Assembly: GCA_964016885.1 (NCBI GenBank)
Contig: CAXHJY010001076.1
Coordinates: 1 to 64,000 of the forward strand
Reading direction: 5' to 3'
Source of the DNA: Eledone cirrhosa
Taxonomy: Eukaryota
Length of the DNA: 64,000 nucleotides
A program made the position numbers and the translations under genes. The notes beneath the pieces were generated by a model that was not told the origin of the DNA, made no database searches, and saw only the letters and a list, made by a program, of their open reading frames with translations. This document shows positions 18,900 to 33,703 of the stretch, one piece after another; the first letter of the stretch is position 1; each line of letters begins with the position of its first letter.

Positions 18900-19227
18900 A
18901 ACACATATATACACACATACACATACACACATATATATATATATTTACACACAACTATATATTTATATATATATATATATATACATACAAACACACATAT
19001 ATATATACACACATACACATACACATATATATATATATTTACACACAACTATATATTTATAAATATATATATATATACATACAAACACACACATATATAT
19101 ACACACATACACATACACACATATATATATATTTACACACAACTATATATTTATATATATATATATATATACATACAAACACACACATATATATACACAT
19201 ACACACATATATATATATTTACACACA

Positions 19228-19273
<46 letters not shown>

Positions 19274-19405
19274 CAAACACACATATATATATATACACAC
19301 ATACACACATATATATATATACACACATATATACATACATACAGACGCATATATATATACATATAAATATATATACATATATATATATACATACAAACAC
19401 ACATA

Positions 19406-19437
<32 letters not shown>

Positions 19438-20766
19438 CATACAGACGCATATATATACATATAAATATATATATATATATATACAGAAAGCTAGTATATA
19501 AGTCTGTCATATAGATTTATGTTAACAGACAATATAGTTGGATATACAATGAACGAGTGTGCCGGATTAGACACTCGGGTACTGGTTTACACATTAGATA
19601 TGGGTACAAACGCGTAATAGTCACTGTTTATCTATTAATCAATCTATCTATCTATTAATCTATCTATCTATCTATTAATTAATCTATCTATTAATTAATT
19701 TATCTATCTATCTATTAATCTATCTACCTATCTATTAATTTATTTATCTATCTATCTATTTATCAATCTATCTATTTATCTATTAATTTATCTATCTATC
19801 TATTAATCTATCTACCTATCTATTAATTTATTTATCTATCTATCTATTTATCAATCTATCTATTTATCTATTAATTTATCTATCTATCTATTAATCTATC
19901 TATCTATCTATTAATTTTTCTATCTATCTATTAATCTATCTATCTATCTATCTATTAATCTATCTATCTATCTATTAATTTATTTATCTATCTATCTATC
20001 AATTTATCTATCTATCTATCTATTAATTTATCTATCTATCTATTAATCTATCTATCTATTAATCTATCTATCTATCTATTAATTTTTCTATCTATCTATT
20101 AATCTATCTATCTATCTATCTATTAATCTATCTATCTATCTATTAATTTATTTATCTATCTATCTATTAATTTATCTATCTATCTATTAATTTATCTATC
20201 TATCTATTAAGCAATCTATCTATCTATTAATCAATCTATCTATCTATTAATCAATCTATCTATCTATTAATCAATCTATCTATCTATTATTGAGGACGCC
20301 TTTTTGTGTAAACTCCCCCCTTTGTACTTGTCCCACTTTTGATGCCCTAGTGGCAAATAAAAGAAATATATCTATCTATTAATCAATCTATCTATCTATC
20401 TATTAATTTATCTATCTATCTATTAATTTATCTATATATTTATCTATTAATTTTTCTATCTATCTATTAATTTATCTATTATCTATCTATCCCTCCTCCT
20501 TATTGAGGACGCCTTTTCATGTAAACTCGCCCCATTGTACTTGTCCCACTTTTTGATGCCCTGGTGGCAAATAAAAAGAAAATTATCTATTAATCTATCT
20601 ATCTATCTATCTATAAATCTATCTATCTATCTATCTATCTAGCTAGCTATCTGTGGCTAATAAAAAACATATCTATCCATCTATCTATCTAGTCCCCCCT
20701 CTCTCTTTACGCGCACACACATATATATATATTTACATACATACATACATATATACACATATACAC

Positions 20767-20797
<31 letters not shown>

Positions 20798-20829
20798 TAC
20801 ATATATACATATATACATACCTACATATA

Positions 20830-20863
<34 letters not shown>

Positions 20864-21105
20864 TATACATATATATATATATATATATACATACACACAT
20901 ATATATATATATATACACACACAGACACATATATATACACACACACACATATATATATATACATACACACACATATACTTACACACACAACACAGACATA
21001 TATATATATATACACACATATATACATACACACGCATATATATACACACATATATATATATACACATACACACATATATATTTACATACATACATACATA
21101 TATAC

Positions 21106-21140
<35 letters not shown>

Positions 21141-21141
21141 C

Positions 21142-21181
<40 letters not shown>

Positions 21182-21521
21182 ACATATATATATACACATA
21201 TACATATATATATATATATACATACACATATATATATATATACATACACACATATATATATATATACATACACACATATATATATATATACATACACACA
21301 TATATATATATATATACACACACAGACACATATATATACACACACACACACATATATATATATACATACACACACATATACTTACACACACATATATATA
21401 TATACACAGACATATATATATATATACACACATATATACATACACACGCATATATATACACACATATATATATATACATACACACATATATATATATTTA
21501 CATACATACATACATATATAC

Positions 21522-21562
<41 letters not shown>

Positions 21563-21589
21563 TACATATATACATATATACATACCTAC

Positions 21590-21630
<41 letters not shown>

Positions 21631-21641
21631 TATATATATAT

Positions 21642-21675
<34 letters not shown>

Positions 21676-22438
21676 ATACACACATATATATATATACACA
21701 CACAGACACATACATACACACACACACACATATATATACACACACACACACTTACACACACATATATATATACACAGACATATATATATATATACACACA
21801 TATATATACACACATATATATATATATACACATACACACATATATATATACACACACATATATACACACACACATATATACACACACAAACAGTGACAGA
21901 GTCACCCATATATATATATACATATACATATATACGAGCTTACTAACAGACATATACATTCTCTCTCTCTATATATATATATATACACATTGACACATAC
22001 ACACACACACACACATATAAACACACACACACACATATATAAACACACACACATATCTATATAAACACACACACATATAAACACACACACACACATATCT
22101 ATATAAACACACACACATATAAACACACACACACACACATATAAACACACACAAACGCACATAAACACACACACACACATATAAACACACACACACACAT
22201 AGAAACACACACACACACATATATAAACACACACACATATCTATATAAACACACACACACACATATAAACACACACATATATAAACACACACACATATAT
22301 ATAAACACACACACACACATATCTATATAAACACACACACACATATATAAACACACACATCTATACACACACACACACACATATATATAAACACACACAC
22401 ACACATATATAAACACACACACACACACACACATATAT

Positions 22439-22475
<37 letters not shown>

Positions 22476-22674
22476 AAGACACATATATATAAACACACAC
22501 ACACACATATATAAACGCACACACACACACACACACACATATAAACACACACACACAAATATAAACACACACACACACACACACACATATATAAACACAC
22601 ACACACACACACACACACATATAAACACACACACACACATATATAAACACACATCTATAAACACACACATATAA

Positions 22675-22707
<33 letters not shown>

Positions 22708-22722
22708 AACACACATCTATAA

Positions 22723-22773
<51 letters not shown>

Positions 22774-22814
22774 CACACACACACACACACATATATAAAC
22801 ACACACACACATAT

Positions 22815-22849
<35 letters not shown>

Positions 22850-23028
22850 AACACACACACACACACACACACACATATAAACACACACACACACACATAT
22901 AAACACACACACACACACATATAAACACACACACACACACATATAAACACACACACACACATATAAACACACACACACACACATATAAACACACACACAC
23001 ACACATATATAAACACACACACACACAC
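18060..23028. repeat. Compound (TA)n/(CA)n/(TATC)n block immediately upstream of opsin exon A
   Basis: Direct inspection; TATC array at 19630-20650. Confidence 0.95.
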
Positions 23029-23078
23029 GGACAAATGTGAGACTTAACGAACATCTATCAACTGCGCAAACGCAGACT

Positions 23079-24092
23079 ATGACCTTTTCGTCAGTCGGCG
23101 GCGGAAGTGGTGGCGGCGGAAGTGGTGGAGGTCACGTTGGCGGCGGAGGGGGCCGGGGTGTCGTGGTGCCGCCAGCGGCGGCTGTGCAGTTGCCGCCGCC
23201 AGTTCCGTTACCCAACGACTACGGAACCAACGTATACGCCGTCGTCACGGTCGCCGCCGCCGTCGTCGCCGTCGCCGCCGCCGTCGCCGCCGTCGCCACG
23301 TCGGCGACCGCCGCCGTCGTCGTCACGGCCACGTCGACGTCCGACGCTGCCGCCGCCGCCGCCGTTTCTACATCCACATCTACATCCTCCTCCTTATCAC
23401 CAGCAGCAGCAGCAGCAGCGTCACCAGGGCCAACAACGTCATTGCCATCGACGTCAACGAACGCCGCCGCCGCCGCCGCCTCGTCGCCGCCGCCATCCCA
23501 GCTCGTCTCCGCGGAAGGCGGCGTCACCGTCGCCACAGTGCTTATCCTTTTCTCGTTGGTGGCCGTCACCGAAAACGGGGCCGTGCTCTTCACCTTTTAC
23601 ATCTGCCGAGAACTTCTCACGCCCACCAACCTTTTCATACTTTCGCTAACCCTTTGTGACTTTTCCATTGCCCTTTTCGGCAACCCATTCGTTGTGATAT
23701 CGGGCCTAACCCGGGGCTGGTATTTCGGACATTTCGGCTGCGTTTTTTACGGATTCTTCATGACCTTTTTGGGTCTGACTTCGATCAGCCTGCTCACCGC
23801 CATCTCCGTTGATCGATACATCCTTATAGTGCATACAATGCGGGCGGTGACGATTGATTTTCGGGCGGCCACGTTCTCCGTGTTGGGTTGCGTACTTTAT
23901 GCGTTTTTCTGGTCGGCCGTCCCTCTCGTTGGTTGGAACCATTACGTACAGGAAGCGAGCGGCTTGGCTTGCAGTGTCCAGTGGCAAACGACAACCACCT
24001 CTGATACCAGTTATATTATACTGATGTTGGTATTTTGTCTCGCCATACCACTCATACTCATCGGATTTTCCTACATACAGATCTTCATCGCG
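23079..24092 (+). CDS. Opsin-family GPCR (xenopsin-like), 5' coding exon covering N-terminus and TM1-TM5, copy A
   Basis: ATG at 23079 and an open frame to the donor GCG|GTAAGT (intron starts 24093, phase 0). Motifs: TM1 ENG, LLTPTNLFILSLTLCD, GNP, WYFGxxGCVFYGFF (Cys110 and Tyr113 equivalents), SVDRY, PLVGWNHYVQEASGLACSVQW (Glu181 and Cys187 equivalents), TM5 IPLILIGFSY. GC/CpG-rich island in an AT-rich background. The xenopsin subfamily call is from motif recognition only; TM7 Lys296 is not visible. Confidence 0.85.
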
Positions 24093-24112
24093 GTAAGTGC
24101 CACTAACTCTTC

Positions 24113-24143
<31 letters not shown>

Positions 24144-24144
24144 G

Positions 24145-24268
24145 TTCTTTGAGTCTCAGTCATTGATGTTAGTTAACTAGAAAGTCTGTTGAAATGAATA
24201 TCAAGCCACCACCTGCAGCCTCAGATATTCAGGACGTATCGGAGGGTTCTTGCTGTTCCCAGCAAGCA

Positions 24269-24308
<40 letters not shown>

Positions 24309-24433
24309 GTTCTTTGAGTCTCAGTCATTGATGTTAGTTAACTAGAAAGTCTGTTGAAATGAATATCAAGCCACCACCTGCAGCCTCAGATATTCAGGAC
24401 GTATCGGAGGGTTCTTGCTGTTCCCAGCAAGCA

Positions 24434-24470
<37 letters not shown>

Positions 24471-25220
24471 GTTCTTTGAGTCTCAGTCATTGATGTTAGT
24501 TAACTAGAAAGTCTGTTGAAATGAATATCAAGCCACCACCTGCAGCCTCAGATATTCAGGACGTATTGGAGGGTTCTTGCTGTTCCCAGCAAGCATGTTA
24601 TTATTATTATTATTATTATTATTACAGCTGCATTTATCTTGCTTTATGTTCATACCAGTTATCACCAAGTCACAACCAGTGACCTCAAGAGACAACAAGG
24701 TCCGCCATGTTCAAGAAACAACATACATACTCACACATGCATCTTTAGGTGTTTAGACTTGTGATGTACTTATATTGACAGAATCTTCCTTAGTATATGG
24801 GCAGTTCCCATTAGTACTATCTTTTGTATTTCTCCTATACGCGGGTTTCCTGGGATTTGCGATAAGTAATCATTAGATCCCTTATATTATTATTATTATT
24901 ACAGCTGCATTTATCTTGCTTTATGTTCATACCAGTTATCACCAAGTCACAACCAGTGACCTCAAGAGACAACAAGGTCCGCCATGTTCAAGAAACAACA
25001 TACATACTCACACATGCATCTTTAGGTGTTTAGACTTGTGATGTATTTATATTGACAGAATCTTCCTTAGTATATGGGCAGTTCCCATTAGTACTATCTT
25101 TTGTATGTCTCCTATACGCGGGTTTCCTGGGATTTGCGATAAGTAATCATTAGACCCCTTAGGTATCATTCCTAGAGCGCCTACAACCACTGGTATTCTT
25201 TTAGCTCTCAATTTCCACAA

Positions 25221-25222
<2 letters not shown>
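24145..25222 (-). mobile_element. Stacked R4/Dong-type 3' ends in (TAA)n: three copies of one family (24145-24598) and two of a second (24624-25222)
   Basis: The first family matches the 3' end of 25960-26452. The second encodes RIPVVVGALGMIPK...IQKIVLMGTAHILRKIL. Each copy is bounded by TTA repeats. Confidence 0.7.
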
Positions 25223-25257
<35 letters not shown>

Positions 25258-25959
25258 GAAGCATAGAGTTACGTGCCTTTACGATCCGAGTTCAAATCCC
25301 GCCGAGGGTAACTTTGCCTTTCATCCTTACGGGGGTCGATAAAATAAAGTACCAGTAATACACTGGGAAATTTGCTGGCCTTGTGCCTGAAATAGAAACA
25401 ATTATTATTATTATTATTATTGTGCTCTCGAAGCGTCGGGTCGTTCAGGATTGCTGGGGTACCTCAGCGAATCCTGGGTGGTCATCCCCGCTATTGAGGA
25501 TTTTTTTCTTGTATTTTTCTTGTTACTTTGTTATTGTTATTCATATTGTTTACTCGATTTTTCTGTAAAAACCCCACTGGCCCACTCTTTTGTATTGCCC
25601 CCTATAGGTCGGCCCCTGTGGCCAATAAATGAAATCATTATTATTATTATGGGCCTTCTCTGAGTATGTGTCTGTAAATTAAAGGTGGAAAACTGGGAGA
25701 GGGCACTTGCCCTGGTGGTCAGGGCCACTGTGGTCTTTTAATGGGCTTTCTCCACAAATGTCCCTTGGAAGTCTCCCCCCTATTGGGGAATTTTTCTTTG
25801 TTATTTTATTTCAACCTCTGTTTTTTTACACGCAGAAATGCCCATTTGTACCGTCCTGTATTGTCCTGTACTGTCCTTAATGTCTACTTTATGTGAACCC
25901 TTGTGGTTAATAAAGAAAACATTATTATTATTATTATTATTATTATTAGTGTTATTACT

Positions 25960-26452
25960 CCTTGAGTCTCAGTCATCGATGTTAGTTAACTGGAAAGTTT
26001 GTTGGAATGAATATCAAGCCACTACCTCAGATATTCAGGACGTATCGGAGGGTTCTTGCTGTTCCCAGCAAGCATGCCTTTTGAAGCGTTCCAAAAAGCG
26101 TGGCGGGCCGATTTTCTTTAACCATCCCTGGAAACTTTTTGAGCCCCCAGTACGCCTATGACAATCGGGATCACTTTGACTTCATGGCAGTTCCAAATCC
26201 TTTTTACCTCTCACTTTAAGTCCTGGTATCGGTTAATTGTCTCCCTCTCCTTCTCTTGCACTCTCGTGTCGAATGGGCAGGCCACATCCACAATCAGGCA
26301 CGATCTTTTTTCTTTGTCCACAACCACCAGGTCAGGTCTATTGTGTTCCAGTTTCTTGTCCGTCTGTATCCTAAAATCCCACAGCACCTTCACCTGATCG
26401 TTCTCCATCACCGCCTCTGGCTTATGCTCATACCACTTCTCAGAATGTGGTA
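25960..26452 (-). mobile_element. R4/Dong-clade LINE 3' end (restriction-like endonuclease) in (TAA)n
   Basis: KWYEHKPEAVMENDQVKVLWDFRIQTDKKLEHNRPDLVVVDKEKRSCLIVDVACPFD...IPIVIG...ACLLGTARTLR; flanked by TTA arrays. Confidence 0.8.
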
Positions 26453-26478
26453 AATTATTATTATTATTATTATTATTT

Positions 26479-26667
26479 AAGGGCAGGAGATTGGCAGTAT
26501 CGGTAGAGGGTCGGACGCCATGCTTTGCAGCAGAGTTACGTCCCTTTATGGTCTGAGTTCAAATCCCGCCGAGGTTAACTTTGCCTTTCATCCTTACGGG
26601 GTCGATAAAATAAAGTACCAGTAATACACTGGGTAATTGCTGGCCTTGTGCCTAAAATAGAAAGAAT

Positions 26668-26668
<1 letters not shown>
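26479..26668 (+). mobile_element. tRNA-derived SINE (copies at 3748-3910 minus, 25260-25400 plus, 28245-28434 minus, 55010-55190 plus; older copy at about 34285-34430 minus)
   Basis: A-box TGGCAGTATCGG (26492), B-box GAGTTCAAATCC (26555), a central gcctttcatccttacggggtcgataaaataaagtacc domain and an ATT/AT tail. Confidence 0.8.
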
Positions 26669-26698
<30 letters not shown>

Positions 26699-26767
26699 GT
26701 ATATATATATATGTATATATATATATGTATATATATATGTATATATATATATGTATATATATATATG

Positions 26768-26822
<55 letters not shown>

Positions 26823-26833
26823 GTATATATATG

Positions 26834-27002
<169 letters not shown>

Positions 27003-27015
27003 GTATATATATATG

Positions 27016-27050
<35 letters not shown>

Positions 27051-27051
27051 G

Positions 27052-27120
<69 letters not shown>

Positions 27121-27121
27121 G

Positions 27122-27155
<34 letters not shown>

Positions 27156-27173
27156 TGTATATATATAGATATG

Positions 27174-27248
<75 letters not shown>

Positions 27249-27361
27249 ATATATAAATATGTATATATATATACATATATATATACATATATGTATATAT
27301 ATATATATATATGTATATATATAAATATGTATATATATATACATATATATATACATATATG

Positions 27362-27435
<74 letters not shown>

Positions 27436-27478
27436 CATATATATATACACACATATATATATATATACATATATATAT

Positions 27479-27525
<47 letters not shown>

Positions 27526-27534
27526 TATATACAC

Positions 27535-27598
<64 letters not shown>

Positions 27599-28209
27599 TA
27601 AAATAACAGATTAAAGTTTAAGCAAAGAATCGCTGCTTTCACCCTTAACGGGATCTTCTGAAACTAACAAAGTCAATCTGTAAACGCAGAAGTGGATATT
27701 TCAAAAAACGTTGCAACCGGAGGAAGACAGGAAGACGATACTTTGGTTCGTGGTAACGTTCGCTGGCAAAGAACGGGAAAAAACGAATATAATACGTCAT
27801 TAATAGGAGCGGTGAAAAACAATTACGGGCAAAGACAAAACCACGTTTATGGTATAAAATAGGTCGTAGACTAATGTTCTCTTAGGTGGTGCATAGAGAC
27901 GTTCTCTGGCAATGAGCGAAAAAATGAAGATAATAAGTCATATGTGGAGCGTGGAGAACAATTGCACGCAAAGACAAAACCACGTAAATGGTATAGCAGA
28001 AGTCGTAGACTAAAATTCTAACTAGGAGACCAAATGAATCTCCGCTACAGAGTTAAGAACAAAGTAAATAAATACAGAAGTAATAGAAACAAATAAATAC
28101 ATACACGCAAACAGATACGTACATGGTTCTTATATATTTGATATATATTTTCCTTATCGAGCCCTCTTTGGATAAATTTTATTATTATTTGGATCAATTT
28201 TATTATTAT

Positions 28210-28247
<38 letters not shown>

Positions 28248-28434
28248 GTTTCTATTTTAGACACAAGGCCAGCAATTATCCAGTGTATTACTGGTACTTT
28301 ATTTTATCGACCCCGTAAGGATGAAAGGCAAAGTTAACCTCGGCGGGATTTGAACTCAGACCATAAAGGGACGCAACTATGCTGCAAAGCATGGCGTCCG
28401 ACCCTCTACCGATACTGCCAATCTCCTGCCCTTA

Positions 28435-28472
<38 letters not shown>

Positions 28473-28487
28473 TGATTTCATTTATTG

Positions 28488-28608
<121 letters not shown>

Positions 28609-28854
28609 CGTTTCTGAATTTGTTTAGCAAGTTTCTTTATCTGAAAACGTGTGTTGAAACCGATATTGTTATACTTTGGGAGGGTCATGTTGCCAATAAG
28701 AAACACACGCACCAGTTGCTTTCACTTCAATTTACTATAATAAATTTATAAATTTAGGAATTTATAAATTTCCGGTTGGTTGGTTGGTTCCACAACCAGA
28801 TGGTTGTTTATATATTGTCAAAGTTCTTTCGTCACACATTCTGTGACCTCTTAA

Positions 28855-28892
<38 letters not shown>

Positions 28893-29155
28893 ATATATAT
28901 ATATATATATATAAAAGTATATATATATATATATATATTTATATTATATATATATAAAAGTATATATATATATATATATATAAAAGTATATATATATATA
29001 TATATATATAAAAGTATATATATATATATATATATAAAAGTATATATATATATATATATATAAAAGTATATATATATATATATATATAAAAGTATATATA
29101 TATATATATATATAAGTATGTATATATATATATATATATATAGATATATATATAA

Positions 29156-29238
<83 letters not shown>

Positions 29239-29255
29239 TATATATATATATATAA

Positions 29256-29287
<32 letters not shown>

Positions 29288-29474
29288 CAAAGGAAGTGTG
29301 GTAAGGAACCAGATGGACCATAACGCACCAGAGTACTCAATACTTAGTGTAGTAGAGTGGTAAATAGGAAAAAGTATGACCCCGACGGCAGAGCTCAAGC
29401 CGTTTCGACGGCTATTTCTGGACTGAAATAGCCGTCGAAACGGTTTGAGCTCTGCCGTCGGGGTCATACTTTTT

Positions 29475-29512
<38 letters not shown>

Positions 29513-29515
<3 letters not shown>

Positions 29516-29952
29516 ACTCTGGATGTCGGTGAGCATGTCCAGCTAACCTCAGTCTCCTCTGTGTCACTTTTGAGCTGACTTTTGGGAGGCTCCCGTACAG
29601 CTCTGAGTTTTTCATCCTCAGTGTATACTGATTAATGTTCAGAGCCATCCTCAGCATTCTCGTGTAGCACCCATCCACCATCTGAGTGAGTTTCTTGGTC
29701 AGTGTCCAAGTCTCAGACCCATACAGCAGCACAGACTCCACTACAGCAATGAAGAGGCGGATTTTCAGGTCTGACATTGCACTCAGTGCTCCTGTGGGAG
29801 CCCCTACATGGACACACTGGAAGAGGGAGACCAAGGTTAACGTATGTTGATGCCCTAAGGACAGACACTGGTCTGTTGGAGACGCAGGACATGGCAGCGA
29901 TAATGAGGGACAGAGACCGCTGGAGAGAACTCGTCCATGGATCTCGGGAATT
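29513..29952. mobile_element. RTE-group LINE 3' fragment with an inverted 5' part
   Basis: Minus 29513-29775 encodes KIRLFIAVVESVLLYGSETWTLTK...RRLRLAGHAHRHPEL. Plus 29773-29952 continues TLHSVLLWEP...GRPRLTYVD. The same family occurs at 8993-9205 and 30212-30625. Confidence 0.8.
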
Positions 29953-29956
29953 TTTA

Positions 29957-30006
29957 TTGGCTTACAATGTTTCTTCCTTACGTAACCGTAGGATTCGTCA
30001 GAGCTA
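29957..30006 (-). ncRNA. Hammerhead-like motif within a short fold-back
   Basis: Minus strand GCT-CTGACGA-a-TCCTACG gtta CGTAAGGA-a-GAAA-CATTG-TA-AGC; the first pair of stem II is mismatched. Confidence 0.5.
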
Positions 30007-30211
30007 TAAAAGGGGTTACGTAAGGAAGAAACATTGTAAGCCAATAAAAATCTTTTGATGTTGTAGACGTTCTTGTGTTCTTTTTCATGTATACGGCTCT
30101 GCTCCAAAGCATCGAGCTAATTATTATGCTGCCAATACCTTAATGGGACACGGGTATACAATACCTAACTCCTATTAACCTAAGTATATATATATATATA
30201 TATATATATAC

Positions 30212-30625
30212 AGCTCCAAAGTGACACAGAGGAGACTGAGGTTAGCTGGACATGCTCACCGACATCCGGAGTTGACACTGCACTCAGTGCTTCTGTGGGA
30301 GCCCCTACATGGACACACTAGAAGAGGGAGACTGAGGTTAGCTGGACATGCTCACCGACATCCAGAGTTGACACTGCACTCAGTGCTCCTGTGGGAGCCC
30401 CTACATGGACACACTAGAAGAGGGAGACTGAGGTTAGCTGGACATGCTCACCGACATCCAGAGTTGACACTGCACTCAGTGCTTCTGTGGGAGCCCCTAC
30501 ATGGACACACTAGAAGAGGGAGACTGAGGTTAGCTGGACATGCTCACCGACATCCAGAGTTGACACTACACTCAGTGCTCCTGTGGGTTCCCCTACGGGA
30601 ATTTTACCCGCCTTAGATAGATAGA
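30212..30625 (+). repeat. Tandem 96-bp amplification (about 4 copies) of an RTE-group LINE segment
   Basis: The unit encodes RLRLAGHAHRHPELTLHSVLLWEPLHGHTRRG; the array ends with the family 3' end and a (TAGA)n tail. Confidence 0.8.
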
Positions 30626-30627
30626 TA

Positions 30628-30659
<32 letters not shown>

Positions 30660-31286
30660 ATTGCAGCATTTTATTGAAAGATGGGTGAGAGAAGCAAGCA
30701 TGGCCCGAGTGAATGGGCCCGCCCTGAGTATGTGTCTGTAGATTGAAGGTGGGGAAACTGAGAGAGGGCACTTGCCCTTTCACCAACCCCGGTCCTTACC
30801 CTCGCCACTGTTCTAAACACCTAATTAAAAAGGTTAACGCCGGTCTCCCTTACGCCACATTAGTTTCTCTCTAATTACCTGTTTCAATTAGTAACACTGT
30901 TAATGATCTTGTTAATTAATTGGTGACCCGGAGTTGGTGGTGGTGTGTGTGGGGGGGGGGGTTAATGCGCAAATCAGGGAACCTTGTGAAGGGGGGAGGG
31001 GTAGTCAGCAGTGGCTGTGGTGGTGGTGGTGGTGGTCTGGTGGTGGTGTTGTTGTTGTGTTGTTGTTGTGTTGTGGTGGTGGTGGTGGTGGTGGTGGTGG
31101 TGGTGGTGGTGTGGTGGTGGTGTTGTGGTGGTGGTAGTGTTGTTGTTGTTGTTGTTGTTGGGGTGGTGGTGTGGTGGTGGTGGTGGTGTTGTTGTTGGGG
31201 TGGTGGTGTGGTGGTGGTGGTGGTGGTGTGGTGGTGGTGGTGTTGTGGTGGTGGTGGTGGTGCTGGTGGTGGTGTTGTTGTTGTGG

Positions 31287-31317
<31 letters not shown>

Positions 31318-31633
31318 GGTGGTGTTGTTGTTGTGGTGGTGGTGGTGTGGTGGTGGTGGTGCTGGTGCTGGTGGTGGTGGTGGTGGTGGTGGTGGTGTGG
31401 TGTTGGTTAATGCGCAAATGAGGTTAGGGAACCCTTGTGTAGGGGGGGATGGGTAGTCAGCAGTGGTTGTGGTGGTGGTGGTGGTGGTGGTGTTGTTGTT
31501 GTTGGTGTTATGGTGGTGTTGTAGTCAGTAGTGGGGGGGAGGGTTGAGTGGTGGTTTTTTGGCTGTGGCTGGAGTGGTGGTGGTTGTCGTGTTGTTGTAG
31601 TAATGGTAGTGGTTGTTGTTGTGGCTGTAGTGT

Positions 31634-33082
31634 GTCAAGTCACCAGTTGGTGCTACTGGTAACATGTACCCCAGTACAACCTGTACCATGGTCGGGTCGT
31701 TGGCGTCTAAACTGGCAACCCCGCCAAGGTTTCTTGGTGAGGAGGGTGGCTTTGGACATCCTGCAGGACTAAAAACAAAACCTGTCAAAGGGCAAAGGAG
31801 CTCTTAAGAGTCAATGGCCATCCAAAATCACCGGGAGAGATGACCCCTTAGCCTTTGTCAAGGCAGAATTCTAGGAGAAGGAAAACTCTGATATAACACC
31901 TGCAACCCTGATGGTATCCAATGATGTTGACTTGTTCTTCTTTTTGGTAAATATCATCTTGGTTAAGAGACTGGGACTGGCTTTGTGCAGTGCAGTGCCT
32001 TTGCTCACTATAAAAGCTTCACAGCACAGGTATTGCTTTATATCTGGAGATCTCTCTGCACTTGTCGTTACATGGTACCATGGGCCCAGCACTATGTGTC
32101 AGGAGATTGGATGGCACATATACCCGCCTCTTAATGAGAGTGCAAAACCTATCCTGGAAACGACATCCCACCTTGTCTAAAATCTATGGCAAACTCCCTC
32201 GAGCCTCTGCCCTTCTAAAATCCCGGAGAGCTCAATTTGCTGGCCACTGTCACCGTGCCAGCAATGAAATCATATCCGCTCTCTTGCTCTGGAACCCTGA
32301 CTCCAGCCTGACTAGGAGTAGGAAGCTGTCATTCCCTGACGTTATCTCTAGGGATACGGGAATCAGCAGACAGGACCTGGGGGCAGCGATGGGGGACAGG
32401 GAATTCTGGGGCATGAGAGTGAGATCCATCATCTCGACAGTAGTCGACGAATGATGATGATGATGATGATGTGTCAGTAATTGTCACAAGTTTAGGGTTT
32501 GTACCAGAGTTTTCAAGTCGCTGGCTGGACTAAAAAGTCACACTCGTTCAGCGCATCGGTGATGAAAGGTGTGGGTGTATACATATATACATGGTGGCTG
32601 CCAACTCGTTTTCGAGTACGGCCACTACTTTATATCCATGTAGGAGAACCCCTACCGATGCGCTGAACGAGTGTGACTTTTTAGTCCAGCCAGCGATTTG
32701 AAAACTCTGGTACAAACACTACACTTGTGGCAATTATTGACACATAGTGCTGGGCTCATGGTACCATGTGACGACAAGTGCAGAGAGATCTCCAGATATA
32801 AAGCAATGCCTGTGCCGTGAAGCTTTTATAGTGAGCAAAGGCACTGCACAAAGCCAGTCCCACTCTCTTAACCAAGATGATATTTACCAAAAAGAAGAAC
32901 AAGTCAACATCACTGGATACCATCAGGGTTGCAGGTGTTATATCAGAGTTTTCCTTCTCCTAGAATTCTGCCTTGACAAAGGCTAAGGGGTCATCTCTCC
33001 CGTACATACATACATGGTGGCTGCCAACTCGTTTTCGAGTACGGCCACTACTTTATATCCATGTAGGAGAACCCCTACCGAT
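31634..33082. mobile_element. Family H copies (31634-32560 plus, interrupted; 32591-33002 and 33014-33082 minus)
   Basis: Sequence identity to 40931-41539. Confidence 0.75.
32103..32468 (+). mobile_element. 5'-truncated RTE-group LINE 3' end nested in a family H copy
   Basis: RRLDGTYTRLLMRVQNLSWK...RRAQFAGHCHR...LLLWNP, a (TGA)n tail, and target duplication ATGTGTCAG at 32094-32102 and 32469-32477. Confidence 0.8.
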
Positions 33083-33703
33083 TACGTGTGTGCGAGGATG
33101 TAAGTGTGAGAGTCGGAGGGAGAGTGGAGCTGCATGCTTGGGTTTTGGAAAACCATTGTGTACTTTGGAGTGGAGTGTAGGCCTGTGTGTGTCTGTGGAT
33201 GGATAGGGGTCGGATGGAGTGGGGGCGAGCGTGCAGAATCCGGACGGGCAAGGAATTTTATATGCACATTACATGGCCAAAATTGACAAGTATTCCCATT
33301 GCATTGTGAATGTAATTAACTGTTTCTACATGCTAAAATAGAACACAAGGGTAAATTAGAGAACATAGAAATAAAAATAGAATCTACACACAGAAAAGAC
33401 GCAATGTTTAGACAAATTACAGAGGCAATAAACATAAAAGAATTACAACCAAAATTAAATAGAAAACATGAATGGAACAGCAACATCACAACGTACAATT
33501 AAGGACACAATGAAAACACACACACACATAGAACAAACAACCAACCAGTAACATGTAAATAAACAAATAAATAAATGAACATAAACACACACAGACACCC
33601 GGATGTGGCGCATGCGCATAATGAGCCCACAACACACACACAGAAACAAAATGGCGTAGGACAGAACAAAGGAGAGGCACAGAAACAAAGAAAGGAATCC
33701 CCA

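Noticed and set aside
26492-26566. A-box and B-box as a tRNA gene
   Set aside because: No cloverleaf; it is the head of a multicopy SINE.
27600-27665. CAGAAGA-stem-GAAA motif on minus (also in the palindrome at 39005-39130)
   Set aside because: The core has U to A and no UH cleavage site or clear stem I; too degenerate to call a ribozyme.
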